From Antechinus flavipes (taxonomy: Eukaryota): a stretch of DNA of 64,000 nt. The position numbers and the translations under genes were made by a program. This document shows, in pieces, positions 62,411-64,000 of this stretch. Numbering within the stretch: position 1 is the first letter of the stretch; the number at the start of each line of letters is the position of its first letter. Below the pieces are notes generated by a model. It was given only the letters and a program-made list of their open reading frames with translations. It had not been told where the DNA came from and did no database searches. The stretch spans positions 624,464,001 to 624,528,000 of the forward strand of contig NC_067400.1 of assembly GCF_016432865.1 (NCBI RefSeq). The letters run 5' to 3'.

Positions 62411-64000
62411 CCACCCCCAAGGAGAGAAGGGAAGAGGCCCCAGTGGATCTCTCAGTCCCCATCCCCAGGGAGAGAAGGAAAAGCCCCAGTGGGTCCTTGG
62501 TCCCCATCCCAAGGGAGAGAAGGAAAGAGGCCCAGTGGGTCCTTGGTCCCCATCCCCAGGGAGAGAAGGAAAAGCCCCAGTGGGTCCTTGATCCCCATCC
62601 CCAGGGAGAGAAGGGAAGAGGACCAGTGGGTCCTTGGTCCCCATCCCCAGGGAGAGAAGGGAAGAGGCCCCAGTGGATCTCTCAGTCCCCATCCCCAGGG
62701 AGAGAAGGAAAAGCCCCAGTGGGTCCTTGGTCCCCATCCCCAGGGAGAGAAGGGAAGAGGCCCAGTGGGTCCTTGATCCCCATCCCCAGGGAGAGAAGGG
62801 AAGAGGCCCAGTGGGTCCTTGATCCCCATCCCCAGGAAGAGAAGGGAAGAGGCCCCAATGGATCTCTCAGTCCCTATCCCCAGGGAGAGAAGGAAAAGCC
62901 CCAGTGGGTCCTTGGTCCCCATCCCAAAGGAGAGAAGGAAAGAGGCCCAGTGGGTCCTTGGTCCCCATCCCCAGGAAGAGAAGGGAAGAGGCCCCAGTGG
63001 ATCTCTCAGTCCCCATCCCCAGGGAGAGAAGGAAAAGCCCCAGTGGGGTCCTTGGTCCCCATCCCCAGGGAGAGAAGGAAAAGCCCCAGTGGGTCCTTGA
63101 TCCCCATCCCCAGGGAGAGAAGGGAAGAGGACCAGTGGGTCCTTGGTCCCCATCCCCAGGGAGAGAAGGGAAGAGGCCCCAGTGGATCTCTCAGTCCCCA
63201 TCCCCAGGGAGAGAAGGAAAAGCCCCAGTGGGTCCTTGGTCCCCATCCCAAGGGAGAGAAGGAAAGAGGCCCAGTGGGTCCTTGGTCCCCACCCCCAGGA
63301 AGAGAAGGGAAGAGGCCCCAGTGGATCTCTCAGTCCCCATCCCCAGGGAAAGAAGGAAAAGCCCCAGTGGGGTCCTTGGTTCCCATCCCCAGGGAGAGAA
63401 GGAAAAGTCCCAGTGGGTCCTTGATCCCCATCCCCAGGGAGAGAAGGGAAGAGGACCAGTGGGTCCTTGGTCCCCATCCCCAGGGAGAGAAGGGAAGAGG
63501 CCCCAGTGGATCTCTCAGTCCCCATCCCCAGGGAGAGAAGGAAAAGCCCCAGTGGGTCCTTGGTCCCCATCCCAAGGGAGAGAAGGGAAGAGGCCCAGTG
63601 GGTCCTTGATCCCCATCCCCAGGGAGAGAAGGGAAGAGGCCCCAGTGGATCTCTCAGTCCCCATCCCCAGGGAGAGAAGGAAAGAGGCCCAGTGGGTCCT
63701 TGATCCCCATCCCCAGGGAGAGAAGGAAAGAGGCCCAGTGGGTCCTTGATCCCCATCCCCAGGGAGAGAAGGGAAAAGTCCCAGTGTATCCTTGGTCCCC
63801 ATCCCCAGGGAGAGAAGGGAAGAGGCCCCAGTGGGTCCTTGGTCCTTGGTCCTCACCTCCAGGAAGAGAAGGGAAGAGGCCCCAATGGATCCCTCAGTCC
63901 CCATCTCTAAGGAGAGAAGGGAAGAGGCCCAGTGGATCCTTGGACCCCATCCCTAGGGAGAGAAGGGAAAAGTCCCAGTGTATCCTTGGTCCCCATCCCC
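62411..64000. repeat. Minisatellite, 45-48 bp units, ~34 copies, with a 324-bp higher-order period; PRR12 intron 1
   Basis: ccccatccccagggagagaagg(g/a)aa.ag.cccagtgg(gtccttggt|atctctcagt); runs off the window end. Confidence 0.95.

Noticed and set aside
62341-63756. 422-434 aa repetitive ORFs on both strands
   Set aside because: Translations of the intronic minisatellite

Overview
GC-rich, gene-dense marsupial genomic DNA (probably dasyurid, inferred from the L1/SINE types), syntenic to human 19q13.33. Gene order: PIH1D1(-), ALDH16A1(+), FLT3LG(+), RPL13A(+) with five intronic C/D snoRNAs, RPS11(+), MIR150(-), FCGRT(+), RCN3(+), NOSIP(-), PRRG2(+) and the first coding exon of PRR12(+). I traced every exon by hand through GT-AG junctions. 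All frames close except one NOSIP junction. Most ORFs in the supplied track are GC-content artefacts. Main observations: (1) SNORD35 copies lie in RPL13A introns 3 and 7, whereas human has them in RPL13A intron 6 and RPS11 intron 3. (2) The SNORD33 guide is mismatched exactly at the base that should pair with its 18S target. (3) FcRn keeps the albumin-binding residues but lacks most canonical IgG-binding residues. (4) A short uORF stop overlaps the FLT3LG start codon (ATGA). (5) An unidentified spliced minus-strand candidate gene occupies the position where SLC17A7 is expected. All human/rRNA comparisons are from recalled reference sequences, not database searches. Two N gaps are present (52156-52979, 60359-60517).
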